DNA of 42,333 bases from Sphaeroforma arctica JP610 (GCF_001186125.1 NW_014039837.1:5172-47504), one strand, 5' to 3'. Counted from the first letter of the stretch, positions 1 through 13,897 are shown. Notes: a model not told the origin generated them from the sequence alone. Program-made: numbers and translations.

Positions 1-75
1 AGTGTGTGTGTGTGCGTGTGCGTGTGTGTGTTTTTGTGTGTGTGTTTCTGGGTGTGTGAGAGAGAGAGAGAGAGT
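1..75. repeat. (GT)n/(GA)n microsatellite
   Basis: Dinucleotide runs are visible directly; they generate the spurious CVCV/ERER ORFs. Confidence 0.95.
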
Positions 76-1014
76 CTGTATATATGTGTGTCTTTTATAT
101 ATCAAAGCTTATCATGGCACACGTGTTTGAAGTCGGAACAATCTTACTGTTTTTTTTCTGTGCTATATTCTCATCTGTTCTCGGCGGTACAACTTGCAAC
201 CTCTCATCGTTGACTCTTTCGTTTCCTCGGCATTGTTCACCATTGCCCTGCTCACACTTGAGAGTAGCCACCGTAGCTGATTCCATCTTGTATCACCGCA
301 GATTCATAGTATGCAAACCTACTAGTAAGTACAGTACATATGGAGAGTCATACACACTTGTTTTACGTAAATATGTATAGAGAACATCCGTTATTTGATT
401 TAAATTGCCACAGACAACTTCTGAAGCCTTCCAGTTTCATAGATGCTGATTGGCTGCTGATCTAAACGATAACGACTCGAGCAAGAGTGTGACTCTCTAC
501 AGTCTACAGTCTACACTACAGCGGGCACAGCCTACACTCCTACAGTCTACCTCCCCCCTTGCCCGGCAGTATGACTCGGAGTACCCACTCTTTATGGAGC
601 TTTCTGCCAGACGTGTGCATTTAAAATTGACTTTCGATTTGACTGGTCGATTGTATTCCGTTTCCAGTCATCGTAATCTTGTTGCATGGTCCAACACTAA
701 AATCATGAAAACAAGATCACATACTACACGGTACATCCTGGCTATGAGTATATGACTAATTGTCTATCTGGCTAGTGGAATATCCTGTGCCAGTGAAACA
801 TCACTATCAGTCATGATACCGCCTGATGTCTAAGGTGCTTGACCAAGCACCTATTCTATCTAAATATAGGTCAGATGCACATCGATCTGATTTCAGTTCG
901 CGCTTTGACGTTTGAAACACGTTAAGTAAATTATTAAGCACAAGAGGTTCTCTACTTCGAACCCTTTAAGCTGACTGACCGTAGAGTGAATTATAGCAGA
1001 GAGATCTCGTCAAT

Positions 1015-2220
1015 ATGGCGCTCGACAGTGTAATGAAACGATTTGGCACGCTGCGTCGTAACATGACGAAAAAATTGAATGGCGAGATAAAAGAGCATCC
1101 TAGACCCCCAATGCCTCAGTCGAGAACAGCTCAACTGAGATTAGCAAACACGTTTGACAGCGAAACTGATGTGGGAACATGTATTTCTTTTGCGCCTGCG
1201 CCTAGACAGAAAGCGCAGATGAATAAATCAAGTGAGTCGGTTAAAGCTATGAACGAAAGTAGGGATACAATATTGAGCACCAAATCAGGTAACCTGAACA
1301 GTTCACACAGCAAGTTGTCAAACGGTGACAAACCCAAACCCAAACCACGCCCACAAGCTCGTCCAGATCGACCAGGATCAGTCCCAGTCGTATCCAGTAA
1401 TTCTGCTTCTGAAGGCATCGACGCGGCAGTTGAAGCGGAGTCTGAATCTGAACGCACAAACGCTATATCTTCTGCCAATACGAGCGCAACAGGCGAGCAT
1501 CATAGCACAGACAGTGCGCCCGCGCGTCCGCCAAAGAAGCCAACACAGAAACCACCGCCGCCAGCCCGCAAGCGTGGCAACTCTCTCACCCCAGCACCCA
1601 CGGCAAGCACCATGAAGAATTCGGTAGTAAATAACCCCAAGTTTGCCGCTGGCACCATGCCGGGAAGACCGACAAACGCGCCTAAGACACGTGTGTCTGC
1701 AAGCAACGTATTCAGTACAGTTGCACAGGACTCAGCGCCTTCGCGGCCACCGCCAAAGGGTGTGACCTGTGCTGCTTTGTGGGCTAAAGTGGACGATTTA
1801 AAGGAGCGTGCCGAGTGTTATAATATAAGTATTGGCAAGGAGCTCCGAGGCATGCGATCGTTATCCACTAGTGGAGTTAATGGATTGACCGTGGAGGACA
1901 ACAGACTGCGTAAAATCACTGCAGCGATGTTGGCTTTGGGTAAGCTAGCTGAGCTATTCAACACGACAATTACCAGTGAACTAGACAGATGTGCTCATAC
2001 GAAAACCGTACTCAAAGATGCTAGTGGCGAAATTGTATCGCCAGATAACGTAGCCAAACAGCTCTTGAACAGCTGGCGCACGTGCCTTATGGGCCTGGAG
2101 TTTGTACATTCGCTCGAGCACAAGACGTCTAACATGTCAGACACCCGCGGTGAGATGGCACACAAAGACTTGATGAAAGTATTTGGAGAAAATACCAGGC
2201 TCCCTGAAGCCTTGATGTAG
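1015..2220 (+). CDS. Hypothetical 401-aa protein, Pro/Ser-rich disordered middle and predicted helical C-terminal region
   Basis: Uninterrupted ATG..TAG ORF of 1206 nt, more GC-rich than its flanks, with proline-rich motifs (KPKPKPRP, PARPPKKP, KPPPPARK). No recognised domain. Confidence 0.7.
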   Translation: MALDSVMKRFGTLRRNMTKKLNGEIKEHPRPPMPQSRTAQLRLANTFDSETDVGTCISFAPAPRQKAQMNKSSESVKAMNESRDTILSTKSGNLNSSHSKLSNGDKPKPKPRPQARPDRPGSVPVVSSNSASEGIDAAVEAESESERTNAISSANTSATGEHHSTDSAPARPPKKPTQKPPPPARKRGNSLTPAPTASTMKNSVVNNPKFAAGTMPGRPTNAPKTRVSASNVFSTVAQDSAPSRPPPKGVTCAALWAKVDDLKERAECYNISIGKELRGMRSLSTSGVNGLTVEDNRLRKITAAMLALGKLAELFNTTITSELDRCAHTKTVLKDASGEIVSPDNVAKQLLNSWRTCLMGLEFVHSLEHKTSNMSDTRGEMAHKDLMKVFGENTRLPEALM

Positions 2221-3352
2221 CGTGTGAGCTCAAATTTTTGAATACACTACAGTTTATTTTACCAATACGCCAACGGGGCCTTGACAGATGTGCCAGCATA
2301 CTTGGACTATTTATTGTAATATAGTACTAACGCGATGCAGGCGACAATCAGAGAGATGGTCACCCACACATGGACTTCAGATATTAAGTTTGTAACGATA
2401 ACAAGAGAAGAATTGTGTGATATGATGGTGAAGATGCACTTGTCATTATAAGCCGTGCGCATATGTGGAGAGCAAAGTCATAGAGCTGTGTACGTTAAAA
2501 ATCTTTGCACCTATAGGCACCTAAGGTATAATAATTTCGCTTTCCACCCGGTTATTTGGATTTTCAGCATAGAGGTTTAATACAGAGTTATTCCATAACC
2601 TCAAGAGTACTATGCTAAATACAACTTCCTCAAATGCAGCAAGTGGATTAGTTTAGAACAGCACGTAGTAAATACGTTCGTCCTCGTCTTCCTGTGTAAA
2701 TAGATGCAATTCAAATACATTTACACTCGAGGTTTTTTTTAAGTACAGCATATTTACAGTAATACTACGTGTTTTCGTCGAAAAAAAATAAATGCAGAAA
2801 AAAAACGAGCCGAAACGTTACTAGACCAATGAAAACGTATTGATTTCCTCAAGTCGGCTTTTGCAATCTCTGCAATACTTCTTGTTCGCAATCAGAAATA
2901 AAGGGGTACGCGTTGACAGTTTAAAGTAAACGCACATCTACTCGATCTTTAAACTTTGAGACGTTTTTCGGGTAGACAGACTTGAGGGCAACTACCCTAA
3001 TTAGGAAACTAAAGGGGCATCTTGTGAAAAATGTCCGGAATATTTGAACCTCAGAGACTCTATGCACCCGTATCTCAACTATAGGGCGAATACGATATAA
3101 ACGTTGATCGTAAACGTATCTTTATTTTCAAAGTTTGTACGTACGTATCTTTTTAAATCTTTACATATGTATTGCATTTTTACCATCTCCTCGGTCCCTC
3201 GGATGCCAGCTGTAACTATGCAAGCTCACCGACTATCCCAGCATGTATTTATTTATATATATACGACGAATGCCCTTTCCAACAAATTCAATACTGATAT
3301 TCGCGATACAAACGTTTGAAACACCGAACGCATCTATTCTTTGACTAGCATT

Positions 3353-6300
3353 ATGACAACGGTAAGTGCAAGCATCCACAGTAGTAAAGAAAGGGGAAAA
3401 GGGTGACGAACTGCAAATCTTTAGCATCCTACGCCATGGGGATTGATGTTTGTATTTTGCGTGTAGCACGTTTCGAGTTATACCCAATGAGTTGTTTCGG
3501 CTATAGAGCATCTGTATCGAAGTTATGACAACCCTCAATACATATCTATATCATCTTTGCATGCCTGTCATACCTTTGGGCGGTACAGTATCAGACGGAT
3601 GGGTATTTGGGGTTTGTTGTGGTTGAGAGCACTCAGTACACGGCATTCAGGAACAACACTCATCTTACTATTTCTCGATACCGTTTAAAGAGTATACACC
3701 TTGGATTTCGTAAGGTTGACAATAGTCCACACCCTGCGCATCGCACTTATTCCTTCATGGTAGTAAACATATGGTGTAGTTGGGAAAGGGTCAACTCATC
3801 GCCATGAACAGAGTAGACCGCGGGGATATCACCACACAAGCGGCTTGATATTCCTAATCACAACACATAACCATAACCTAAGTTCTTCAAGGTAGTACTA
3901 TCCAACATATACTCAGCCATATATGGAACTTCTTACAATATCACGCCTGACATGAATTGTATATGTAGAGTGAGTTTGCTAAGTCTACTGGTATCTCTGG
4001 CTATATGTTTACGTTCTAACCGCATGCGATCCTCACTGTGTACCTGTACATATCGGATCCCTATCTGAATATCTCTATTTAGTACGAAATATTCCTATAC
4101 TGCAGCATATTTGGGTGCCCGCCTTGGAGAGTGGTGGTGATATTTATACTTTTATCTGATGTTTAGTGATAATTTAAGCTTTCTTCTGTACTCTTGACCA
4201 TTGCGAAATGTAGGTGTGCTCTGTGAGATGCGTATCAAGAACTATTGATCGCATCATATGGATGCTACTATAATTCATCTCATGTTATCAGAGCGAGCTG
4301 CTGTCGTGCCTGACGCGATCTCTCACCATACACCTGTGTTCTAATACGTTTGATTTCTCTCTCCCGTAGGCTGACCTAGTGCTGTACTCGTACTTCAGGA
4401 GCTCATGCTCGTGGCGTGTGCGCAGTGCACTGGCGTGGAAGAATTTGAACTATGAGTACGAGGCAGTGAATCTGCTTAAAGGAGAACAGGTATGGTCTGT
4501 TCGATACGCACGATGCTCTGCGTGGCAACGTATTATAGTACCTTTGGTATACGTAGTTCACATTTTGCAAATGGAACTGTGTGTAGTTATATCGTGTGAA
4601 GTGCAGAGAACTACACTTCCGACTGAAACTGCTTGCTTGTACTGATTACTGTCGTAAACCATCACGTGTGCGACGCTGTTATGTGTCGACACACAGATAC
4701 CAGCAGGCATTATTGATCACAGCAATGTGAACACATCGCATAACAAGGTCTATATATATGTATATGTATGTCTGGCAGCAAATCTCATGTATTTCTCGCT
4801 CACAGCTAGGAGATGAGTACAACAGCACTGCTTCAGCGCCACTCGTGCCCACCTTGAAACATGGCGATGTGTCGATTGGTCAGTCGATCGCAATTATCGA
4901 GTATTTGGAAGAGGTGTTCCCCGAGCGACCGCTACTCCCTGCGAACGATCCCGCCAAACGTGCACTGGTATGTTGATTCAGACACACACATATATATATA
5001 TTCACATATATGCCGTTTTTGTACAAGTTCATGTTTGTGCACCAGCAGATGATTTGCAGAATTCTTGTAATGAGAGAATTACCTGTGGCTTCCATATAAG
5101 TTGCTATTGTTGTCACGAACATCTCGTCCATGGCTCATCTGATATATTGTAAGGGAGGCATCATTTCGGGGTCAATATAGCCAACTTGAGTATTTAATAT
5201 CTGACCGCTTGAAGGCAGTAATATTGTTGTGATCGTATTCCCAGATGATGAGCTTAGCATAGTCCTGTTTTGGTACAATTCCCCGTACGTACTTGTTTCA
5301 CCCGTGTGTTATCTACAGATAGTCTGTGTTGCGCACGTCACCGTACACCATTCGCATATTGCATACAGGTGTGGTTGTAGATAAAGCATCTTGACTCTGC
5401 CAGTATACACAACACATGCCCAATTGACACACGGTGCAACGTTATTAGCCTCACACATACATACTCTGCTTAGTGAGTATTTTTTTCTCGTCCATACCAC
5501 AAAATACCATTTTGGGACAAGAAATCTATATAACCTGTATGAAGGTGCGGCTGGACGTGTACCGCGTTTTGTGGGGGTTAATATCATAGATAAACTTTCT
5601 TTCCAGGTATATATATACTGCAACATACAGTTTCAGTAACCAATCCACAGCCATAGCTACCCTATCCAAAACTCTGCGTTGACCAAAGCACGTATACTCA
5701 CATGCACAGATTCGTGAGATTGCCTGCATGATCGGCTGCGACATCCAGCCAGTACAAAACCTCCGAGTTTTGAAGTACGTGGGAGCTGAGAGGAAAATGG
5801 ACCATGGTAAACACTGGATTTCAAAAGGGTTTGAAGGTATGCAAATCGGAACATTCACCTCGTGTACTTGCCTCTGGCATTCAAGATAGAGTATTAGGCC
5901 AGTCTGTGGCGCTCTGCGTGTATCATATCATTATATGTGCTTATTGATCGCTTCTTGTAGACGCATTAGTGGTGTGGTCTTTCCGCGTGGGTGTGTCGGT
6001 GGGCGGGTGTGCTGGATTGAGAACAATAGCTCACTTGTGTTTATGTTTGTTTGACATACTTTGTCGGCCTGGATACCGATTGTGCTATCATATGAATATC
6101 CTTCTGGGGTGTCATATGACTATCCTTCTTGGTGTCATATGACTATCCTTCTGGGTGTCATGTAACTATCCTCCTGGGGGTGTCATGACTAAACTTCTGT
6201 ACATCATATGACTATCCTTCTGGGTGTCATGTAGCTATCCTCCTGGTGGTGTCATGACCAACCTTCTGGATGTCATGTGGCTATTCTTCTGGGTGCCAAT

Positions 6301-7253
6301 GCAACGCATATGCAAGTGTATTCGAACCCTACGTACAATTGTGGTTGAACTAGTGGCCCGTGCCATCCTATGTTTCGATGCTTTCACGAAATCTAATTTG
6401 TTCGTTTCTGGACAGAACCCCCACAGTCATTACTGACAGATGCAAAACCCATATTGGCGAGTTTGCTTTCAATTTGTGGTCGTATTTATGATCTCAATAT
6501 GAACAACTTTTTTCAGCGCTGGAGAAAAAGCTATCGCTGACAGCCGGCAAGTACTGTGTGGGCGATAGCGTCACTATGGCGGATATGTTCCTGCCTGCAC
6601 AAGTATATAACGCCAAAAGGTATGCTGGGATTGGATACTCTTTTTATAGGACATCTCTCGGATAGTACGGTCATTCGCTATATATCCCTATCGTAGCTTA
6701 GCAAATACTCGTGTATGCGTTGTCCAGTTAGCTGCTTGCTGAGTCAATGATTTCAATTAGAACTTATATTCCTATTAACAATACAGTGGCTGGTCATTGT
6801 CTACAATCACTGGACGCCACATGATCCAGTTGCAGGGATCAGTTTTTGCTTGTGGTTTGTTTGGTTTATTTGCACAATGGAATTTCTTTCAAGTCCATGA
6901 TTTGTGAGCTTGCGGAGTTATGGTTGTGGAACTACTTTGATGAATGGTTCTCTTCATCTATTAGGTTATAGTGTTTTGAAAAATATCTGCTTGTATTGTA
7001 AAATAGTATTTGCTTTGGGAAGTGTATGCTGACTGAAATATGCTGTAGTCTATTTCGCATGAGAGAAAAAAACAGATTCTGAAGGATTTCTTGTATGGTG
7101 ATGCGTTTGACTCCTTACAGGTTTGATGTCGATATGTCTGCGTTCCCCACAATAACTAAAGTCAATGACGCTCTATCGATACTAGACGAGTTCGAAAGAT
7201 CGCGACCAGCAAATCAACCCGACTGTCCGGAAGACCTACGTGCCACTTGTTAA
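3353..7253 (+). CDS. GSTZ1: Glutathione S-transferase zeta / maleylacetoacetate isomerase, 6 exons (3353-3361, 4370-4489, 4806-4967, 5710-5836, 6517-6619, 7121-7253), 217 aa
   Basis: The spliced translation is open and all introns are [28 protein letters not shown]..(zeta SSC motif)..[58 protein letters not shown]. The exon total is 654 nt. The 9-nt first exon is inferred (ATGACAACG|gtaagt). Confidence 0.93.
6085..6295. repeat. Intronic minisatellite, ~23-25 bp unit (gtgtcatatgactatccttctggg), ~8-9 degenerate copies
   Basis: The unit recurs in tandem within GSTZ intron 4. Confidence 0.85.
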
Positions 7254-7895
7254 AAAATAAGTAAATTTGTACGAAATATCAATTATGTGGGTGAGTAGTC
7301 ACGCTCAAATGACTAGATCGATACTCGTGTATGCGTCACCAGACTAAACAAATTATGTTGAAGACGTCCACAATCGATCAGTGACGACTTAATTGGAATG
7401 TGATATGCATTGCTAAATAATCCATGGGCGTAGAAATTGCGGTGAACTTATACCTCGCCTACTACCCCTGTTTTGTAGCAATTGATATCGCACTTTACGG
7501 AATCCGTACGCCACTAGAATGCGAATGATATTCATGATCTAGCAGCCCTGCACGCTAACAATGTGAGAGAAAAGCGGGACTACTGGGGAGAAATACTTAA
7601 ATTGGGTTCTAGTCCCAAGATGAGAACAGGTTTGAGTCTTGAATTCGGTCCTTCTAAACATAGTCTCTCCTGGGAATATTTGGAAAAATTAACACGGAGA
7701 AATCCGGTTCATGAATAAATATCAGGTCACCTCGTGTACTCCAAATTCAATATAATTGCCAGTCATGAACTGAAGATGACTTTTCACAACACTTTCAGTT
7801 TTCTCATTTCTGATAGCTTATACCCACACTAAGATATGGGTCCGGACATAATAGCTAAAACTAAAAACCATAATATATTAGTTACAAATTATGAG

Positions 7896-8383
7896 ATTTG
7901 TTAAGACTGCGATTCTCGCCTGCGACCACCAAGTCTGAGGCTCGCGCCTGCGACCGCTTAACCTGTCGCTCTCACCTGCGACCACTAAACTTGACGCCCT
8001 CGCCTTCGACCCGTTTTATGTCTGACGCTTTCCCTTGCGATTCTAGGGTTTTAGGGATATAAACATATACAAATATCATAGCCCCCTGAGAAAAAAAAGA
8101 TCAGGTGTTGATTATTCAGGGGGCTGTGCATATATATATACATACATACATACATATGTACGTATATACATATATACATATACTCGTATGTATATACATA
8201 TATATACATGCATATACATACATAAACATATACATATACATGTACACATACATATACAAATACATATACATATACATATACATACACCTATACATATACC
8301 TATACCTATACATATCCATATACACATATACATATACACATACATATACATGTATATACATAAACATAGGCATATACATATAC

Positions 8384-8437
<54 letters not shown>

Positions 8438-8651
8438 GTAATATATATTAATATATATTTATATATATACATATATGAACGTAAACATATACACACATAC
8501 ATATACATGTATATACATATTCATAAAACATACATATACNNNNNNNNNNNNNNNNNNNNTAGTTTAGTTAGTTAGTTAGTTAGTAGTTAGTTAGTGTTAG
8601 TTAGTGTTAGTTAGTTAGTTAGTAGTTAGTAGTAGTGTAGTGTGTAGTGTG

Positions 8652-8708
<57 letters not shown>

Positions 8709-8744
8709 GTTTTGTTGTGTTTGTGTGTATGTACGTGTATATAT

Positions 8745-8775
<31 letters not shown>

Positions 8776-9132
8776 ATGTATATGTATACATGTATGTATG
8801 TGTAAATTAATACCCTAAATATGTATGTATGTGTAAATAAATACGTATATGTTTGTTAAAAAAAAATACCACTACAGAGAGAATAGAATCTGTGTCCAAA
8901 AAAATACATTATCTTAGATAAATAGTCGCACATCTTTGCCAGTGCGCTTTTGATGTTCTACCATTTTCAAAAATATAAATATAAAGTATTCTGTGTGATT
9001 GGGTCACAGGCGAGAGCGGCAGACCTAGTGGTCGCAGGCGAGAATCGCAGTCATAGTGGTCGCAAGTCCCGGTGGCAGTCATAGTGGTCGCAAGACCCGG
9101 TGGCAGTCTTAGTGGTCGCAGTCTTAACAAAT
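7896..9132. mobile_element. Putative non-autonomous DNA transposon/MITE: inverted termini with subterminal tandem motifs, enclosing microsatellites and an N gap
   Basis: The left end atttgttaagactgcgattctcgcctgcgaccac is the reverse complement of motifs at 9028-9132 (gtggtcgcaggcgagaatcgcagtc ... tcgcagtcttaacaaat). The tgcgacc/ggtcgca motif is reiterated at both ends. Confidence 0.55.
8128..8850. repeat. Compound microsatellite (TACATA)n/(TA)n/(TTAG)n/(GT)n around an assembly gap (N 8540-8559)
   Basis: Directly visible. Confidence 0.95.
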
Positions 9133-10545
9133 ACACAAAATTACATAAAACACATTTAACGTGGAGTACCGAACTGCACGTTTTCAGTGAACAGTCGCAG
9201 TTTTCTATTATTCGGCAATTTACACTCTATAATTCACTCAATATTAGGCTTGCCCGATTGCGCCTACATAGCACTACGCGATTGCGCACCATACTAACAA
9301 CCTATTTATTTACGTCTCCCTTTTGTTGCATAGAGTTGATGTCCTCCCTTTGACAGTCAACTATTGATACTCTTACCTCGATATTTATTTTTTAAATTTC
9401 CTTAAGCCTGGAAGATTGGTGTATTTGACAAACCTTTATTTCACTATTTAGTAACAAATCATGAATGACTATACACCATAATCACGATCGGATTGTGCTT
9501 CATTCTCAAATAGTCTTATATGGTACCATAAATATGACCTGAGTAATCTCTGCCATTCCAAATCTTCCCTAAAATGGTTTGCCTGGTTTCCTTGGCTCCA
9601 TTTATTTTACTTTTTTGATGAACTCACTCACTGTCGTCGATTTAATGGGTTTATCACGTATAATTACGGCACCCAAATCATTATCTCTCAAAATTATTGT
9701 AAAGAGCGATATTGCCTTCTTTTTGTGTGCTGAGCTAGAGAAGCAGGGTTTGGGCCAAATACTGCCATTTCCACTATCTACTTTGAAGGAATCTTCAGTT
9801 TATTCTGATGCAAATAAAACAACACGTGTGTCTGATTTCCAAAGACAAACATCCAGTGAACCATTTCATTGCTGCAAACCGACATCAGTTGAATCGCTGA
9901 AATATTAAAATTGGTTACTAAGTCGCTCTATGGCAGTGACTTTGCAGAAAGCGCATCGAGAACATTTCATCACATGCGGGTAAGTGCAAGCAAGGTTGCT
10001 CAAGTTTCTGGATCCCACACCCAACGCGAAAATATCATGATACTACAGAAGAATACAAGCTCTATAAATGCCGATATCACAGAACATAGAACCAAGTTAC
10101 ATTGTAATAAAAAAGCACAGACACAACAAAGGGTGTACACAAAGACCACAAAGAACAAAATGATAAAGATTGGAAACGTAAACAAACTAATATAGACCAG
10201 GAATCAAAACAGATTGTATCTTTAAACACCCCAAATCTCGAGTCTTCAAGGTGTATAAATCAACCCACTTTTGGATTGTATTCTAAATGAACTTGTTCGC
10301 GAACCCCGTTTCGCTCTAAAATGAGTATCAGGTATGTTTTATCTCGCCCTCGCCTGTGGTTTTAACTCAATAGTTTCTCGTCGTTATGGCGCGTATTGTT
10401 AAAGACAGTCCGGGGAACAAAATATTATCTATAATATTATTGATTTCAATTTCTTTGTTTGTTTTGCTAGTGTTATTGATATTGGCAATTTGATGTATCA
10501 GCTTTATTTCATTAATTTCAATTTTTCGTGTTAGTATGATTATGA

Positions 10546-11720
10546 TGTGCACCCACCACAACAACCGTCATCGCAACAGATAATATAGATACAGTTAGTA
10601 TTACACAGATAGCGGGTGATATACAGACAGGTCACGTAGCTACTACAGCGTATCAGTTTTGGTTAATAGCCCAAACTTGCACCACAATGCCCAATTTTAC
10701 CCTCGGTCACACTACAAGTAAAGCTATGAAAATGCGCGAAAGCATCGAAACAGAGGTCGATAATCATTTGAAATGCTGGAATTGTCACGGTGCCAACAGT
10801 ACACGAATGGTATAGTTGACGAAGTCTCTGTAAATACAGAATCAAAACTAGACTATTCAACTAAAGCACCAACACTAAACTTTAATACCCATAGCTGCTC
10901 AAGGTCAAAACACAAGTAGCGCAGAGTGCACACTGTATGTATACATGAACAGACGTCAATCTTGTATCCCTACGACAATACAAAGTGCAACAGGCGATCT
11001 GTACTTTTTAGGTTTCTGAGGGGTTAGTGATTTTAATGTTAAAGCAAACCCCCCTCGTGAATCCTAAACCCCCTCTATACTGTAGATCAATGATAAGCGG
11101 CCATCAAGATGGGAACAACAACGCAAAACAAGGCATACATTGCTAAGTATCTATGATCTATCAACTACAAACATATAGTTGTACTGTAGGTGTTGTTCAA
11201 TTCGGTGCTCTATAAATATACTAAACTTGTGAATGGGACATGGTGTCCAGTATTTCCAGTATTTCCAGAAAGTCAAGTGTTCATGCTATTAAATTGTTCA
11301 TAATACGGTCACGCCAGCACCCACATGCAACACAGACTATGCATAAACATCATGCTATTAAAGAAAACCCAAGAACACATCAGTCATTTTATGAGAGGTT
11401 GTCACTAGTCATTCCGATATATCATGATACTAACGGTCTCCTTATGGACGCAGAAAATGAGTGCACTACATACGTTTAACAAAGAACCTGGGTCATTGCG
11501 CGCCAAAGGTGGTACGCATCTACAAATAAATAGTAAATACAGACCACTTGCGATGCCATACTGAGTTTATATCAGTGTATCTACGTGGCCACTAGAAATG
11601 AAAACATTCAAACAAACGAACAAACTAAATATTAACGATAAAAGATAGAGGAACGAACAAAGTAGCATACAAACCAACGGACGAATAACAAAGGAACAAC
11701 AAATGAACATATAGACGAAC
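10546..11720 (-). repeat. Detached copy of the ankyrin-gene intron cassette (no exon present)
   Basis: gtgcacccaccacaac..catcgcaacag matches 32776 and 34780; 10835-11650 is colinear with ~35065-35900 (e.g. tagctgctcaagg..acaagtagcgcagagtgcaca, tatcatgatac.aacggtctc, tttaacaaaga..ctgggtcattgcg). Confidence 0.85.
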
Positions 11721-12849
11721 AAATACTGCAACCTAAGTATTTTGTTGCAAGGAAGACCCTGTATTGGGTTTATTTAATATGAATATTTTTATTAAAGACT
11801 ATAATTTCAACTTAGCATATCCGATAAGTTTATGCTTATTATAAAAAGCACAAAATTAAATGTTTAGTTATTTGATCAATTCAATAAATGTACAACGCTT
11901 TCCCTTGTACGAGGGGAGTACGTTGAGATACAGTAAAGGTAGGACAAGCGACAGACATGTATTTCAGAATTTTTGTTTTTGTATTGAGCAAAACACGAGG
12001 TTGTAGGAAAAATGAATCAACCGTGACAGTAACGAACGACACAGGCAGAGGCTTTATTAATAGTTATAATAAAGATGGTATGCCAGCACACCTAGCGGAT
12101 AGCAATATTAAATCCGAGACAGAGCCGAATGAAGGTACGACATCAAACCAATCGCAACAGAGACAACTAGAGCCACACAATCGACACCTTCAAGTGCGTC
12201 TTCGACGTCGACTAGTGCAGTTGACCGATGCAAGGCACCCACCAGGTTAACAGGCAGGTTTTGGTGGACGATATACAAACACAAACGGGTGTGGAAGAAG
12301 ATCCAACTACAAGACCTAAAAGCGAAAAAAGCACACATGTATATTCATTGTCAGAAGACGCCCTAGGTTCGCGCACATACGAACGCACCCTCCAATATAC
12401 TTATAAAAATTACTGATCATCAAAATAAGGCAGGGACAAGCGTTTAAATTTCCCAAATCGACATCGAAAGCAGCACACACCCTTCAATATCAGTCGGTTG
12501 TACTAGATTTTAAACTTGCTCGTATGTGCGCAAAACTTACTAAAATCGACCCAGAGTGAATGCGATACTATCGTACAGAATGCTAGAATCTAAACATATT
12601 ACACAGTTGCAGAAAACTCTGAAGAAGAAAAAACCCCCCATTGCGTGCAGGTGTTACATCACGTACATTGAACTGCCAAAAAAAACCCCTCAATCTGAAC
12701 ACGTGTTTATATTGTGTGTAAAACAGCTGCTCGAGTACGTTGAAATTGAAAAATGCTCAATCACTAAAAATAAAAGGTCAAATTTGCCGTATATCGACTC
12801 TTCAGCCCCAGGTGGAAAATATGCTTGGCCTAAACGATTCTTCTTCGTT

Positions 12850-13897
12850 ACTTTATCTCGCAATAGATTGGTGTATCAGAAATAACTACAAATTACTACA
12901 TCAATTTGCTTGCTATAGCGAGGGACATACATACATATAGCAATAGTTTGCACTCAAGCAAGAGAGTATTCAACGCTTAAGTCCTACGAGAATGCTTACA
13001 CAAAACTTTTAGACTGCACACCAATCTTTGTATTCGACGGCGATATACCCCCAGCTAAACGAGAGGAACATCAACTTTGATTCGATGCAGCGAAGGAAGC
13101 CTATCGTGGTTGAGAATTTTGGAAGCAACTGGAAGGTGTGAGACAGTGGAATTAAACCGACCTAACTGTCACGAGCATGAATACGAACTTGGGAACAACC
13201 TCGTATAGGTATCGTTTGTTGTTTGACTATTCGTTGTCAGAAGTGAGTAGCCCCATACAAGCGGACCCACAGCTGGCATGCATGTGACACAGAGAACTTC
13301 CTGGGGAATAGCTTCTGTTGACTCAGACATGCTTGTCTATGAAGGTGATATTAATATTTGTTTCTCTCTGAATATAGAAGCGGCTAAGACTCAGCTGTCT
13401 AAGCTTCGTGTTTGTATGTACACCCACAGCGACAAAACAAGGGTTTTCAAACTCCAAGGGTCTAAGTGAGGCAAAATTCATGGCACGCTCCCTACTAATA
13501 GGGTGTGGAGCTACACCCGCCGCCTTGAAGTCAAGAACGGCCCACTGTTTCGATATTATCGAAACTTTTTTTGTCTCGGTTGCATACTCAACTGTGTTTG
13601 AATGAAAACTGTAAACAATTGGAATTATGTACTTGCCGCCCTTAACGATGGTCTAGGTGTTATTCGCACGCCCGGTGTGAATCTTCGTTCACGGCTGCAA
13701 TACATGCATACCATTGGGGAATTCGACGTATCTGGTACTATATGTGTAGCAATTAGATGGTGATCGCGAGATAATTGAGGGTGATATAGATATAGCATCA
13801 AACCGTATATGTGGCGATACTGCTACACTACTGTGCTGGTGAGTATACTCAGACTGCAAAATGTGAACAAGCATTGAATTCAAGGGTGCGGTGTTTG
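12850..13897 (+). pseudogene. XPG/FEN1/Exo1-family (PIN-fold) 5' nuclease remnant, copy 1, part of an ISL2EU-like transposon
   Basis: PIFVFDGDIPPAKREEH at ~13021 (XPG-N motif), PIQADPQLA at ~13252 (cf. PYEADAQLA), ASVDSDMLVYEG (cf. TEDSD), LLIGC (cf. GCDY). It has stops and frameshifts and is colinear with 24820-25500. Confidence 0.75.

Noticed and set aside
6085..6295. Short intronic repeats as CRISPR or a regulatory array
   Set aside because: Contiguous degenerate minisatellite without spacers.
8051..8575. YI/MY/HI-rich ORFs (also 39735-40454 and 4-213)
   Set aside because: Translations of microsatellites.
8560..8640. TTAG runs and scattered ttagggttt/aaccctaa motifs as telomere
   Set aside because: There is no sustained telomeric array; the runs are adjacent to a gap and low complexity.
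9480..10200. Possible decayed coding sequence with Cys/His residues
   Set aside because: It has stops in the plausible frames and no motif I can assign.
12850..13600. Host EXO1/FEN1 gene
   Set aside because: Disrupted, without evident introns, duplicated and linked to a transposase in both copies; better explained as transposon cargo.
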